Part shown: one piece after another, positions 9,688 through 19,975 of the stretch
How positions within the stretch are numbered: the first letter of the stretch is position 1
How the letters are laid out: each line of letters starts with the position of its first letter
DNA from: a phage
Length of the DNA: 64,000 bases
Reading direction: 5' to 3' (one strand)
NCBI GenBank assembly: GCA_020241865.1
Contig: GCA_020241865.1_4709.1
Program-made: the position numbers and the translations under genes
Notes under the pieces: model-generated
Databases searched by the model: none
The model's input: the letters and a program-made list of their open reading frames with translations, nothing else
Told to the model about the DNA's origin: nothing

Positions 9688-12600
9688 TTATCTTACGTTA
9701 TTGCTGTTCTGCTGTTCGCTGAACCAACCATACACCTTGAGATCGGTACCGTATTTCAACGCGATATACGCATTCAGCGCAGCACAGAACAAAGACGCGA
9801 ATGCCCATATCAGCGAAGGATCAACATCTTCCGTTACCATTGGGAGAGTATTATCCGGTTCCCATGATGGAGAACTGTCCATGAACGTTGCGTACCATCC
9901 CCGCCGTTGTTCTTCGGTGGTAAAGTCGCTATGGGGTTCCAATGCTTCTTTTGCCAGACGTCGATATTCGAACATATGCGTTGCTAAAGCCGATGAGTTA
10001 CCAGATTCGCCTTCATAGTTCGGATCCACCGCATAACAGAGTTCTGTGGAATCTAACAAAGCAACCGCCTGTGTGATGTTGTCGGCAGTGCCTGCACCAT
10101 AGAGCTCGATAGACCGCGAAAGCTTTTCACAGAACGCATTTAACGCGGAAGGATTGGACACCTGAAGGTCAAGGCCTAATGTCCACGGATAGTTACTGAA
10201 TACGCCCGTAAACCGCGGCATAACACCCAACAGATGTTGTCCGATTACAGCACGGTTATAAACAGCCCGGTTATAGACTTGAAACGCAGCCTCCAAAGCT
10301 TGGTTATAATGACGACGAAGTTCGTCACGCGAGTTGCGGAATCTGTTTGCCGCAAGACTTGTGGCTGCGACGCTACAAACATCGTAATTGGTGGACGAGA
10401 GCACAGTTTCGTTAAGATCGAACGATTCCTGTTTCAACGATCCGCTAACCGCTGCTGCTTCGCTGTTTGCTTTATCGACAACAGTACTCAAAGCGTTGAT
10501 GTAACGTTTAGCTCGGACTTCCAGCCATTGTGCGATACCGAGAATATCCACCGCGGCTTTAGCAAGATCGCGTGCATTCACGATTTCGTTCTTCAACGCC
10601 CCTAAACCTTTATTTTCAGGCGTTGAGGCTTGTTGACGAATCATACTGTTCAACATGGTAAGCAGATTATCCAACTCATGTCCGCTGACCTTGTTGCGCG
10701 CATCGGTAATCGGCCCTTGCAGGAATTTACGACAACCGTCATTATACCGAATCAGTTTATCCACGTCGATGGATTCGTTCGTGGTTTCCTTGAACTGATT
10801 CTTTAATTCTTCACGGTAGTCGTGTATCTCGCTTGTAAGATTATCAACGGTGATACCATTGTGACCAAGAAGAACTTTACTGAAGTTGCCCTTCTCGAAC
10901 GCCAGTGCGATGTCTTCACGAATCTTAGCCAGTTTATCCTGATCTAATTCACGACCGTTTGACAGTTCTTTCACTTCAGCACTGATTATTGCTGCAACCG
11001 TTCCAAGGTTATCGGTAACCCCTTTGAACGTGCTTGACCAAACACTTCCCGCTTCAGCGTATTTTGCGATGGTCTGGATACCGACGCTATGTAACGACGC
11101 TAAACGTTTCTTCGTACCTTCGGTAAGCAATGCATCTTTAGCTCGCGTAAGTTGACTGTTATTGGCTTCCGCTTGCTGGATGGCCGCTTTCGCATTCCCG
11201 TTACGCCAGCTCTTAACCAACCAATCGACCAAACGTTTCAGGATGTTGATGGTATATTCCATCGTACGTCGTAACGTTTCCCATGCGCTTTCAGCGGTAT
11301 AGATCCCACCAACAGTGTACCCTTCCATCTTCAGCGCTTTGGTATCGGTTTGACGTGCCAACCATTCTACCGTCGCAGAACAAACGTTTACGAACGCCTC
11401 CAGGTAGTTGTAATAGGCCTCTGTTGCGGAGGTTTCGTTGAGCTTCGAATGCAGATAAAACTGTTCGTATAGCTCGTCGTCATCACCGAAGGCGTCGTAG
11501 TTCCACAGTTCGGTATCGCAGCCGGTACCACAGAAGACATCCGCCGTTGTAAACTCCTTAAGTGCTTTCGTTGCGTCGTTGGTCAGGAATTTACCTGTCT
11601 CAAGTACGTCGTCAACATTAAGTCTCGGGAGTTCGTCAGTAATTGGGTTTTCCAGCATCAACGTATTGAAGAACACGCTGTACTTGTATCCAAGCCATTT
11701 TGGATAACTGTTTTCAGATATCGTAGACGCCGGTTTGATTTTCTTGGCTTCAGCCAACGTGTCTTCTGCAACCTGATATTGGTTTTCCCCAGCTTTGATA
11801 CGTCGTAATGCTTTTTCTTCCAACTGTTTGAGTTTGGTGTGCCGTGCTTGAGCTGGAGCCTCAACCAGTTTTTGTACCGACCGCATGGCGGAAATCGCTT
11901 CTTTCAATGTGGTGATCGGCATACGAACTTTACCGTCATCGAAACTCAGCGCGCGAGCAATACGTCGACTTACAACAGGTTCGGTATGGATGTTTCTTTC
12001 TACCCACGATTTGTTTGCGTAGGTTTGCGTGATTTGCTGCTGGATCTTTTCAAGATAGCCCCAGCTTTTGGATGCTTTGCCGTCCAAAAGCGGATTAGGT
12101 CCTTTCTTATCAAAAAGCTTTTTGATAGGATCAAAGAAACCTTCTTGCACGAGATCGATACGGGTGTAACCATCAGCTGCTTCGATTTCTTCTTGGGTTT
12201 TATCCCAGAAGTCGTCGCTCTTTGCAGCAACCGCTGTATCTTTAATGTCCAGGATGATCTGACCCACCGTTTGCGCAAACAGCAAGGCCGCACGTACCGA
12301 TTGTGCGAACATCCGCTGATATTTGATTCGAACGCATTGCATCTGGGTTAGCAGATTCAGTTGCGCGATCCCATCCAAGGTGCTATCTTGAGCAAGTCCT
12401 TCAGCCTTAGCGATAACCTGTTTTACACGTTCAGCGACATCAACGTATTGCTGGCATACATCCCGCAGAATACGTGCTGCGAAGACCCCGGTACCGATAT
12501 AGTTCAACAGGTCTTTTAATGACCATTCAGACGGACAATCGGCTGGTGCGGTAGGGAGTAAGCAACCATCACCGTCCATGAATCGCTCTAATGCACTAAT

Positions 12601-13281
12601 ATCCTGATTTTCTACTCTCATGGGGATATCAGCATCAGCGGCTTGCAGATCCAGCATCTGTTGTAGGATGTTGGTATCGGTTTGCACAAGCGTCGCAAGC
12701 GCTTGGCTGTGTGCGATTATTGGTAACGCTGGTGACCATACTGCAGCAAGCTTGTCGGCGTGACGTTGAATGGCATACCCCATATCCTCGATCACATCGG
12801 GATGCTCGATAACCCCCTGAAGCGTTTGATGTAGCTCACCGAGTTGCTGAGACAGATCGACCATCATGGTGTTGAAGGTTTCGCCATCCTCTTTGTGGTT
12901 GTCCAGACGCTCAAGTTCATGTTGAAGCAATGCGACGAGCTGTCCGTTGCCTTCTTGCTTCAGCTTGCTTTCCATTAACGTAACGGCTTTATCGACGATC
13001 TGGCACGCTTCACGAAAACCGGTTGTGGAAGGAAGCTCTGTCCATAACGCCAGCGGTTTACCGTCAAGGGCTTCCGGCATCGATAACGAAAGCATAGACA
13101 GTTGTTGACGTGATACTTGCTGTTCACGGTGTAATGTTTCTTTTAACGCCAAGAGATCGTCAAGAAACGCGCCGTTAAGGGTGGTCGTACGCGGTGTTGA
13201 ATTAATACCGTCAGTTAACGATTCAAGCACCAGGAGACCGTTATCAGCTGAAGAGAGTCCCGCGGCAAGATATTTGTTCAT
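9688..13281 (-). CDS. large hypothetical protein (1197 aa), possible virion or tail-length/ejection protein
   Basis: long ORF; ATG 13281 with GGAG RBS; no catalytic motif recognised. Confidence 0.8.
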   Translation of the reverse strand: MNKYLAAGLSSADNGLLVLESLTDGINSTPRTTTLNGAFLDDLLALKETLHREQQVSRQQLSMLSLSMPEALDGKPLALWTELPSTTGFREACQIVDKAVTLMESKLKQEGNGQLVALLQHELERLDNHKEDGETFNTMMVDLSQQLGELHQTLQGVIEHPDVIEDMGYAIQRHADKLAAVWSPALPIIAHSQALATLVQTDTNILQQMLDLQAADADIPMRVENQDISALERFMDGDGCLLPTAPADCPSEWSLKDLLNYIGTGVFAARILRDVCQQYVDVAERVKQVIAKAEGLAQDSTLDGIAQLNLLTQMQCVRIKYQRMFAQSVRAALLFAQTVGQIILDIKDTAVAAKSDDFWDKTQEEIEAADGYTRIDLVQEGFFDPIKKLFDKKGPNPLLDGKASKSWGYLEKIQQQITQTYANKSWVERNIHTEPVVSRRIARALSFDDGKVRMPITTLKEAISAMRSVQKLVEAPAQARHTKLKQLEEKALRRIKAGENQYQVAEDTLAEAKKIKPASTISENSYPKWLGYKYSVFFNTLMLENPITDELPRLNVDDVLETGKFLTNDATKALKEFTTADVFCGTGCDTELWNYDAFGDDDELYEQFYLHSKLNETSATEAYYNYLEAFVNVCSATVEWLARQTDTKALKMEGYTVGGIYTAESAWETLRRTMEYTINILKRLVDWLVKSWRNGNAKAAIQQAEANNSQLTRAKDALLTEGTKKRLASLHSVGIQTIAKYAEAGSVWSSTFKGVTDNLGTVAAIISAEVKELSNGRELDQDKLAKIREDIALAFEKGNFSKVLLGHNGITVDNLTSEIHDYREELKNQFKETTNESIDVDKLIRYNDGCRKFLQGPITDARNKVSGHELDNLLTMLNSMIRQQASTPENKGLGALKNEIVNARDLAKAAVDILGIAQWLEVRAKRYINALSTVVDKANSEAAAVSGSLKQESFDLNETVLSSTNYDVCSVAATSLAANRFRNSRDELRRHYNQALEAAFQVYNRAVYNRAVIGQHLLGVMPRFTGVFSNYPWTLGLDLQVSNPSALNAFCEKLSRSIELYGAGTADNITQAVALLDSTELCYAVDPNYEGESGNSSALATHMFEYRRLAKEALEPHSDFTTEEQRRGWYATFMDSSPSWEPDNTLPMVTEDVDPSLIWAFASLFCAALNAYIALKYGTDLKVYGWFSEQQNSNNVR

Positions 13282-13294
13282 AAAACACTCCGTT

Positions 13295-13328
13295 GGCCTA
13301 GGGGAAGGTTTTCAGCCTTCCCCTAGGG
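13295..13328 (-). terminator. 12-bp perfect-stem hairpin between 13341..16136 and 9688..13281
   Basis: CCTAGGGGAAGG-loop-CCTTCCCCTAGG followed on minus strand by RBS and ATG. Confidence 0.5.
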
Positions 13329-13340
13329 TTATAAACACAA

Positions 13341-16136
13341 TTAAGCTAATTTACCGAAACCGGCTTTTTGCAGTTTCTCGTTGATGATTTTCGCTTCAGC
13401 GAAGACGTAATCGCGGTAGGCGGTCACTAACGCATCCACACGTGAACGCAAGGCTTCTTCGAAGCTATACCACGCTGCGATTTCACGAATCTGTGCGTTG
13501 ATATAATCAACGGTTGAGCGAAGCTCGGTTGCGTTTTCTTGCGGAACGGCTTTCACCTGGCGAGCAACGTCATTTAAACGGCGGAACTGTGTTTCGATTT
13601 CTTTAAACTTACTGTCGGCAAGTTTGCTGAATTCGTCACCAGAACGGGTAAATAACAGATAGCTGTTGCCGTCAAGTGCGGTCGCTAACTGCTGAAGTAC
13701 GTTGGTGTCCGGATACACAGGAGTACCGCTTTGCAGTACTTTCTCACCGAATTCCGCGAAGTCCTTCGGTGGTAAGTGTGCAGACGTTGTCAATTCGTTG
13801 AAACGGAAAGTCAGCGAATTATCATACAGCATCCGGTACGCTTCCATACCCTGTTTCATGGTACCGGCCAGGTTAGCCAGACGCGGAGCAATCTCGCCTT
13901 CTTTAGCGCGTTTCTGGTCTTCTAACGCCCCTTCGAGTTCTTTACACTGGTCGTTCAGATACACGATACGATCAGGACGTAGACGACGCATCTCACGAAG
14001 AATAGTATCCAGCTTACCTTCCTGGAAATAACCCAACGTTAAAGACGTACACGCTTGCTGAAGACGATCGAACACCGGTAAGGTTACCATCTCCTTACGG
14101 ATACCATCAACAATCGCAGAAACAGCCGAAAGTTTCTGTTCTGTAGTCAATGGAACATCAGAGGCCGACTTGCTGGGTGCACCAACAACGTTACGCATTG
14201 CGTCGGTATCCTCGGTTTTATCAACCTCTTTACGAACATGCTCATCAGGAACATAAACGTTCGCGTTACGTTTCGCCTGCTTGATGGCGTCGTTGGCCGC
14301 TTTTTCGGTGGCCGCTACGCTATCGGCACGTTTCTTCAAGAGTTCAATAATCCAGAGCAACAGACGACGAATCGCAGTGTAGGCTGTCGTGATGATGACA
14401 CCGATAACAGCCATCTTCATGATACCGAACGATTCCATGGTCGGCTCTAACGCTTGGTCTGGCATATACCGTTCACGCAGCTCCAGATAGATCTGCTCAT
14501 CTGGTTTGCTGACCTCACCACGATGCGAAGTCCGATAAATGGCTTCGTCAATCTCAACAAGATCTTTGCGTGCCTGACGGTCAGATTCTGTTAGGTAAGC
14601 ACAACCGGATACGTCGTCTTCGAAGCTTAAGAATTTGAAAAAGTCACTGACGTCGATCTTGATCTTCTTCGCTTCATTATCGACATCGATAACATCTTTT
14701 TTCTGTGCCTGATATTCCGCTTTGATGTCGTTCACCGGCTTCAACGCACGTTCTTTTAATACCTGCACGATCTGTTTCCAGTCGGCGTCACGCTCAAGAA
14801 CAAGGAAGTAATTCTTGAGTTCAAAAGCACGGTAACGCGCAACGAGTTGTTCTACCTGAATATGAGCGAGTTGCACATCCATCAGCCAACGCGACATTGC
14901 TGAGATCAAACGGCTATAAGCAAGCAATGTCTGATATGTTAGCTTCATGTGCTTTTCGTACAGCTCAATATCGCCGTCTTGAATATCAGCCGTTGGGTTC
15001 ATTTCCTTCGTTGCTTTGAAGATCTGTTCGGCCTCATTTAACGTTTGTTCGAATTTGACTTCATTAAACGTGTCAAACGGTTCAGCCAACTCCATCATTC
15101 GATCGTGAAGCTCACGAACCCAGGCTTCCTTATTGTTGCGAATAGCTGCGTCATCGTGAAGTTCAGTTTGATGTTTCTGTACCCATTCTTCGACGATATC
15201 AGCGGCGGCAACAATTCCTGTACCATCGGAAACTAACGGAACAACTCCAGCAAGTACGCCTACACACGCCGGGGTTTTCCAATAATCGTTCAAAGCGTTT
15301 CTGAATTCAACGATGGATTGTACGTTTGGTACCGTATCCAAAAACGTACTGCCGTTACGGCTCATTGTCGTTACGATATCAGCGAATTCCTTCTGCTTAG
15401 CGGTAACAAAAGGAACCAGGACCATAAGCCATTCAGCAACCGACTTCGCTTTCTCTTTCAGATTTTTGTCAGCGATTTCCTTAAGGTTTATCGCACCACC
15501 GTAACCTGCAAGCTCTTTATATACGTCGCTAAGGGTCATCTGTTTATCCAACATTTCTTTGAAACGTGGGTAATCAGCACCTAACGCATCGACAATATCG
15601 TTGATTACGTCATCAGTTGTTGCGATAAACTTCTTCGTATCAACGTTTGAATATTTCCAGACGTATCGTACTGCTTTCTTGATTCCTGCAAAGATAAACG
15701 CCCAGATACGCTTGATGAGTTCCCAGACTTTCTTCGCGCCATCGACAAACAGTTTAGAGACCTTGGCAACGAATCCTTCCTGCACCAATTCAACGCCGTT
15801 ACGTGATGGGATTTCCGTGAAGAAAGCATCCGGCAGTTGTTTCGGGAATGCGTCACCAAGACGCATACGCAGTTCCGGTACATCAGCACGAGAAATACCG
15901 CGTGTTACTAATTGTTCGTGAAGACGAACGTTTTCTTCACCAGAGGTCACGAATTCGTCAACATCGAAGGAGACCATTGTTTCCTGATCTTCGGTGGTAA
16001 CGACGCTTGAACCATCACTGGTTTGGATGTCTTCGTCAGGGAATGCCATGAGCATACCGTGACGCATTTCAACCACCCCGTAATCGGTTGCTAAACCGAA
16101 TTCGTTGTGGTCTGGGGTAATAACTGGGATACTCAT
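13341..16136 (-). CDS. large hypothetical protein (931 aa) with internal hydrophobic (TM-like) segment and coiled-coil-like regions
   Basis: long ORF; hydrophobic stretch IMKMAVIGVIITTAYTAI; 4-bp overlap with upstream gene. Confidence 0.8.
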   Translation of the reverse strand: MSIPVITPDHNEFGLATDYGVVEMRHGMLMAFPDEDIQTSDGSSVVTTEDQETMVSFDVDEFVTSGEENVRLHEQLVTRGISRADVPELRMRLGDAFPKQLPDAFFTEIPSRNGVELVQEGFVAKVSKLFVDGAKKVWELIKRIWAFIFAGIKKAVRYVWKYSNVDTKKFIATTDDVINDIVDALGADYPRFKEMLDKQMTLSDVYKELAGYGGAINLKEIADKNLKEKAKSVAEWLMVLVPFVTAKQKEFADIVTTMSRNGSTFLDTVPNVQSIVEFRNALNDYWKTPACVGVLAGVVPLVSDGTGIVAAADIVEEWVQKHQTELHDDAAIRNNKEAWVRELHDRMMELAEPFDTFNEVKFEQTLNEAEQIFKATKEMNPTADIQDGDIELYEKHMKLTYQTLLAYSRLISAMSRWLMDVQLAHIQVEQLVARYRAFELKNYFLVLERDADWKQIVQVLKERALKPVNDIKAEYQAQKKDVIDVDNEAKKIKIDVSDFFKFLSFEDDVSGCAYLTESDRQARKDLVEIDEAIYRTSHRGEVSKPDEQIYLELRERYMPDQALEPTMESFGIMKMAVIGVIITTAYTAIRRLLLWIIELLKKRADSVAATEKAANDAIKQAKRNANVYVPDEHVRKEVDKTEDTDAMRNVVGAPSKSASDVPLTTEQKLSAVSAIVDGIRKEMVTLPVFDRLQQACTSLTLGYFQEGKLDTILREMRRLRPDRIVYLNDQCKELEGALEDQKRAKEGEIAPRLANLAGTMKQGMEAYRMLYDNSLTFRFNELTTSAHLPPKDFAEFGEKVLQSGTPVYPDTNVLQQLATALDGNSYLLFTRSGDEFSKLADSKFKEIETQFRRLNDVARQVKAVPQENATELRSTVDYINAQIREIAAWYSFEEALRSRVDALVTAYRDYVFAEAKIINEKLQKAGFGKLA

Positions 16137-16573
16137 GCATTCTCTCCTTGCAGTGCGTTAGCGAAAGCCGTTGCGAGTTGCGCAACCAGCTTAGGATCAA
16201 CACCTTCGATAACGTCGGGCAGCCCTGCGGTTTCTTGGTCACGAACGGCGGAGGCTAATAACAGCATGGTTTCAGGTGCGGTCGGCTCATGCACCATGCG
16301 GTAACGCAGGCACCAGAAGTAGCGGGCAACGTCTAACGCATCGGCCAGCCCAATAACCAGTACCTTGTTCAGCTTATCCAGCCCTTCACGGATTTTAGGG
16401 AGATGTTCGCGAACGAAAATGCTATCTGCGGTCAGATCTTCTTTTTCAGCGAATACGGGCATGCTGTAACCAGCGATATAACCTGCGGCAATACTTAGCG
16501 CACGGGTCTGTTGTTCGGCTGGGAAATCACGTACCAGGTCTTTCAGCTGAACGGCGAAATCAGAAATATTCAT
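16133..16573 (-). CDS. hypothetical protein (146 aa)
   Basis: ORF translationally coupled (ATGA) to downstream gene. Confidence 0.65.
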   Translation of the reverse strand: MNISDFAVQLKDLVRDFPAEQQTRALSIAAGYIAGYSMPVFAEKEDLTADSIFVREHLPKIREGLDKLNKVLVIGLADALDVARYFWCLRYRMVHEPTAPETMLLLASAVRDQETAGLPDVIEGVDPKLVAQLATAFANALQGENA

Positions 16574-16605
16574 GTTAAATTCCTTTATAGTAAAAATAGA
16601 AGAGA

Positions 16606-17916
16606 TTAGGCGATAATGGAGTCAAGAGTCGCTGCGGTTTTGAACAGATCGCTGTTCATTGTAGAAGAAAGGACTTGCTGAATTTCTTCCTGTTTAACCG
16701 CTTTACGAACCCCAGGACGAAGGATAAGCGTAACCATCTGTGAAAAGGTACGATTATTGTTCATCGCACTCAGCGTTTCATCGATTGTTTTGATGGCATC
16801 CAGCGTCATGGAACGAACATCGCTTGGGATATCACGATCTTTCAAGCGTATAATTAAATCTTGTTTGATTTTACGGAATCGTTCCATGTCGTTATCGTAA
16901 ATGCTGTATGTCGGATCTAACCAAACAGAAAGCGCGGTTACAGCGACAACAACCAACACGCCGATAGCACCAACAGAAGCTAAACCTATCGCCATCATAG
17001 AAGCTATAGTAGCATCCATGATGAAGGAGAGCCAGAACATCGTTTTGGACTTCACGGAGTCTTTGCTATAAAGCCGATACATTTTAGCAAGCCCGCTAAC
17101 GAGATACTCCCCACCGCCATGACGCGTAGCGAACTGATCAGCCATGAATTCGGAAGCAACGTCGGTATATCGTCCAGCGTTGTTTACGTTTCTTAACTGC
17201 ATCGCTCTGTTAGACACGTAAACCGTGTACCAGACACTACCGTCGTCTGAATCACTGATTTTGTCTACGTCGACGTTGGTATCCAACGTTTTGTTTAACG
17301 CTTTCGCCAGTTCGATACGTTTTACCTTATCGGTTGTCCCCAACAGTTCACGCTGTACGGTCATGATTGAGGCTTCGACACGAACCGTTTCCGACAATGT
17401 TTCAAGGAAGGTAAATGCGTGCCCGATTTCATGCAGCATTATGGCTGCTTTTTCTTCCGGAAGAAAGGGTTCTGTCGCCGTTAGCAGTTCATACGTGATG
17501 GCAGAACGAATCTTCAATTCTTCAAAAATACCGTAAACACGACCTTTTTCTAAATCGACGTAACCGACAGGTGTATCTTTAATCTTCTTAAGGAGCGTAA
17601 CACCATCAGCACCGCGCATCCATAACCGATGATAGTCTGCCAGGATTGTGTTGTTTGTCGAAATATCCGGCGGGTACACGTAGGCATTCATCCGGCCCAT
17701 TTTCACGTCGACCGAGAATTCGATGTTCAACCCCGTATAGCGTTTAACCATCTCGGTTAAACGACCGTCCTTGAAAACGTTTAAAACCTCTTTTTTATCC
17801 AGTCCCTGTTTGCTTCTGAAGAACTCGGTCATTTCCTTGAACAAGGAACCATCTTGAAACTTGATGGCCTCCATCGTTAATTCGTCATGACCATACACGC
17901 GTTGTAGTAATGACAT
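16606..17916 (-). CDS. M48-like zinc metallopeptidase with C-terminal transmembrane segment
   Basis: HExxH motif (MLHEIGHAF) followed by ExxADxF-like third-ligand motif (SEFMADQFATRHGGG); hydrophobic stretch MMAIGLASVGAIGVLVVVAVTALSVWL. Confidence 0.75.
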   Translation of the reverse strand: MSLLQRVYGHDELTMEAIKFQDGSLFKEMTEFFRSKQGLDKKEVLNVFKDGRLTEMVKRYTGLNIEFSVDVKMGRMNAYVYPPDISTNNTILADYHRLWMRGADGVTLLKKIKDTPVGYVDLEKGRVYGIFEELKIRSAITYELLTATEPFLPEEKAAIMLHEIGHAFTFLETLSETVRVEASIMTVQRELLGTTDKVKRIELAKALNKTLDTNVDVDKISDSDDGSVWYTVYVSNRAMQLRNVNNAGRYTDVASEFMADQFATRHGGGEYLVSGLAKMYRLYSKDSVKSKTMFWLSFIMDATIASMMAIGLASVGAIGVLVVVAVTALSVWLDPTYSIYDNDMERFRKIKQDLIIRLKDRDIPSDVRSMTLDAIKTIDETLSAMNNNRTFSQMVTLILRPGVRKAVKQEEIQQVLSSTMNSDLFKTAATLDSIIA

Positions 17917-17927
17917 TGTACACTCTC

Positions 17928-17945
17928 TAAATTTACGTAAATTTA
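17928..17945. promoter_or_regulatory. perfect 18-bp palindrome TAAATTTACGTAAATTTA in divergent intergenic region, 12 bp upstream of the metallopeptidase start codon
   Basis: perfect dyad symmetry; position typical of operator or translational-repressor site. Confidence 0.4.
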
Positions 17946-18137
17946 AGGGTTCATGGATCGGCTGGCCGCACCAATCACAATGTGTCCGCTGCTATGCAAC
18001 GGCATTCATAGAAATACCTTTTGACGGTAACATCACCGTTCATACCCCAAGCAATAAGAGTGGTCGGTTAAAAACAACAGAACGTGAGGATGATATAGAA
18101 AATCACCTTTTAACACTTATTACGAGTTTATCAAGCC

Positions 18138-19889
18138 ATGAGCGAACAAGAACGAAAACCTAAGAAGAAACTGCTCGGTATTCAATGTCGACACATCAGC
18201 TATAACGAAGCGAACGATGGCAGCAAGAACGACCTCATGATCGCAAAAGAGATCATGTTCTTCGATGATAATACGCAAGCGACGAACCTTCGCTTCTTCG
18301 AGAATTACAAACGTCCGTTTTGGGTGACGGTAGAGAGTAAACGTAAGAACAAATATAAAAAGGAAAGCGAGAAGCTCTCGCATGTGCGTCGCTACGATGT
18401 CCGCCAAAGCGAACTGGTTGAAAAGATCAGCTCGGTACTTTATAAAAGACGTGCTGACGATAACACCCGTTTACAGCAGCTTGCACGGAGTCCATACCTC
18501 TATGGAACGGACGTTAGCGCCAGCTGTTATTTAAAAACCCAGTACAACACAAAATGGCCGGAATACGTCGATAAATTACCCGCTTCCATTGCCTGTTTCG
18601 ATATCGAAACCGACGTTGTCCACGGACACGGTAAGATCGTTTGTATGTCTATTACAATGGGATACAATGCGATACTTTGCTATACCAAGGACTTCGTTGG
18701 TCATATTCCGAATGCCATTGAGAAAACCCATGAGAAGATTCGATATTACCTGGCCGAACGTCTGAATACCAAAGAAGATCCCCACGCATTCGAAAAATAT
18801 CAGTACGATGTTCGAATCGTAGAAAGCCCGGCACAAGCGGTCATCCAATGCATGCAGAAGGTTCACGAATGGCAGCCGGATTATCTCCTTGGCTGGAATA
18901 TCGCGTTCGATATTCCGCGCATGCTCCAGGCACTGAACGAGGAAGGGTATCGTCCCGAGGATGTTTTCTCCGATCCCCGTATACCACCTAAATATCGTAT
19001 TGCTCGCTGGGTACCACCGAAGACCGACAAGGTATCTGCTTCAGGTCGTAAAACCAACCTTACCCTTGAGCAAACCTGGCCGATGTTTTATACGATGGCT
19101 ACGTATCAGGTTATGGATGCGATGTGTGGCTATAAGTTCGTTCGTTTAGGAAGACCGGATGAAGGACGCTATTCACTCGATGCGGTGTTAGAGCGAAATA
19201 AATGCCATACGAAATTAAAAGCTATTCCTGGTACAGAGGGGTTCACGGAGCTTGCCTGGCACGAAGAGATGCAAACGAACCATCAAATCGACTACGGCGT
19301 ATATAACCTTTGGGATAACCAGGGTATTGAGGCGTTGGACCAGAAAACAAAAGACTATTCGATGACCATCCCTATCCGTTTAGCGGCGTCGGATTTGAAA
19401 GATTTCAGTTCTAACCCTAAACGTATCTGCGATAAACTTTTCTTCGTTTATCTTAACCGTGGGGAAGTCATGGGATGTACCGCTGACGACATGACCCAGG
19501 AAGAAGATAAGTGGGTTATCTCACGAGCTGGACATATCGTCACATTACCATGCGATCTCATGGCTGACAACGGCATTCATCTCTTCTGGGATATGCCGAA
19601 CCTGAGAAGTTATATCCGTCTATTCGTTGCAGACCTTGACATTAGCAGTTCATACCCGAATGGGCAGATCCTGTTGAATCTATCCAGAGCGTGTGTTTTT
19701 CGCGAGCTCTCACGCATTGAGGGCGTCTCTGACTATCAATTCAGGAAGTTAGGTATCAACTTTATTACCGGAGGTAAAACGAACGCTGTAGACTTCTGTA
19801 GAATCGTTTATAAAGCACCATCGATGTTTGAACTTTTAGAACATTTCGATGCAACGCGTCCAAAAGAGGAAGCGCGGACCATCGAATGA
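18138..19889 (+). CDS. DEDDy-type 3'-5' exonuclease domain protein, likely N-terminal part of a split family-B DNA polymerase
   Basis: Exo I (FDIETD), Exo II (GWNIAFD) and Exo III (YSLDAVLE) motifs in canonical order and spacing; motif-A-like DLDISSSYP near C-terminus; ORF ends before motifs B and C. Confidence 0.7.
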   Translation: MSEQERKPKKKLLGIQCRHISYNEANDGSKNDLMIAKEIMFFDDNTQATNLRFFENYKRPFWVTVESKRKNKYKKESEKLSHVRRYDVRQSELVEKISSVLYKRRADDNTRLQQLARSPYLYGTDVSASCYLKTQYNTKWPEYVDKLPASIACFDIETDVVHGHGKIVCMSITMGYNAILCYTKDFVGHIPNAIEKTHEKIRYYLAERLNTKEDPHAFEKYQYDVRIVESPAQAVIQCMQKVHEWQPDYLLGWNIAFDIPRMLQALNEEGYRPEDVFSDPRIPPKYRIARWVPPKTDKVSASGRKTNLTLEQTWPMFYTMATYQVMDAMCGYKFVRLGRPDEGRYSLDAVLERNKCHTKLKAIPGTEGFTELAWHEEMQTNHQIDYGVYNLWDNQGIEALDQKTKDYSMTIPIRLAASDLKDFSSNPKRICDKLFFVYLNRGEVMGCTADDMTQEEDKWVISRAGHIVTLPCDLMADNGIHLFWDMPNLRSYIRLFVADLDISSSYPNGQILLNLSRACVFRELSRIEGVSDYQFRKLGINFITGGKTNAVDFCRIVYKAPSMFELLEHFDATRPKEEARTIE

Positions 19890-19937
19890 TTCAAGTAGGT
19901 TGATCCTCGCTTAACAAAAAAGAAAACACATGCGAAG

Positions 19938-19969
19938 CCCCTCCCCCTGGCGGAAGCCGGAGGGAGGGG
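19938..19969. terminator. GC-rich hairpin between convergent genes (polymerase/exonuclease gene and small-gene array)
   Basis: CCCCTCCCCCTGGC-GGAA-GCCGGAGGGAGGGG, 14-bp stem with one mismatch. Confidence 0.6.
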
Positions 19970-19975
19970 TGAGGT

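Noticed and set aside
9637-9867. ORF beginning MSITLLQPVREGGG, and the N-terminal extension MLLQPVREGGAAM of ORF 36561..37313
   Set aside because: Both peptides are translations of the palindromic hairpin element itself; true genes start at internal ATGs with RBS or are absent.
18120-18407. 95-aa minus-strand ORF overlapping the start of the exonuclease gene
   Set aside because: Overlaps a well-supported plus-strand gene and the divergent control region; no RBS.
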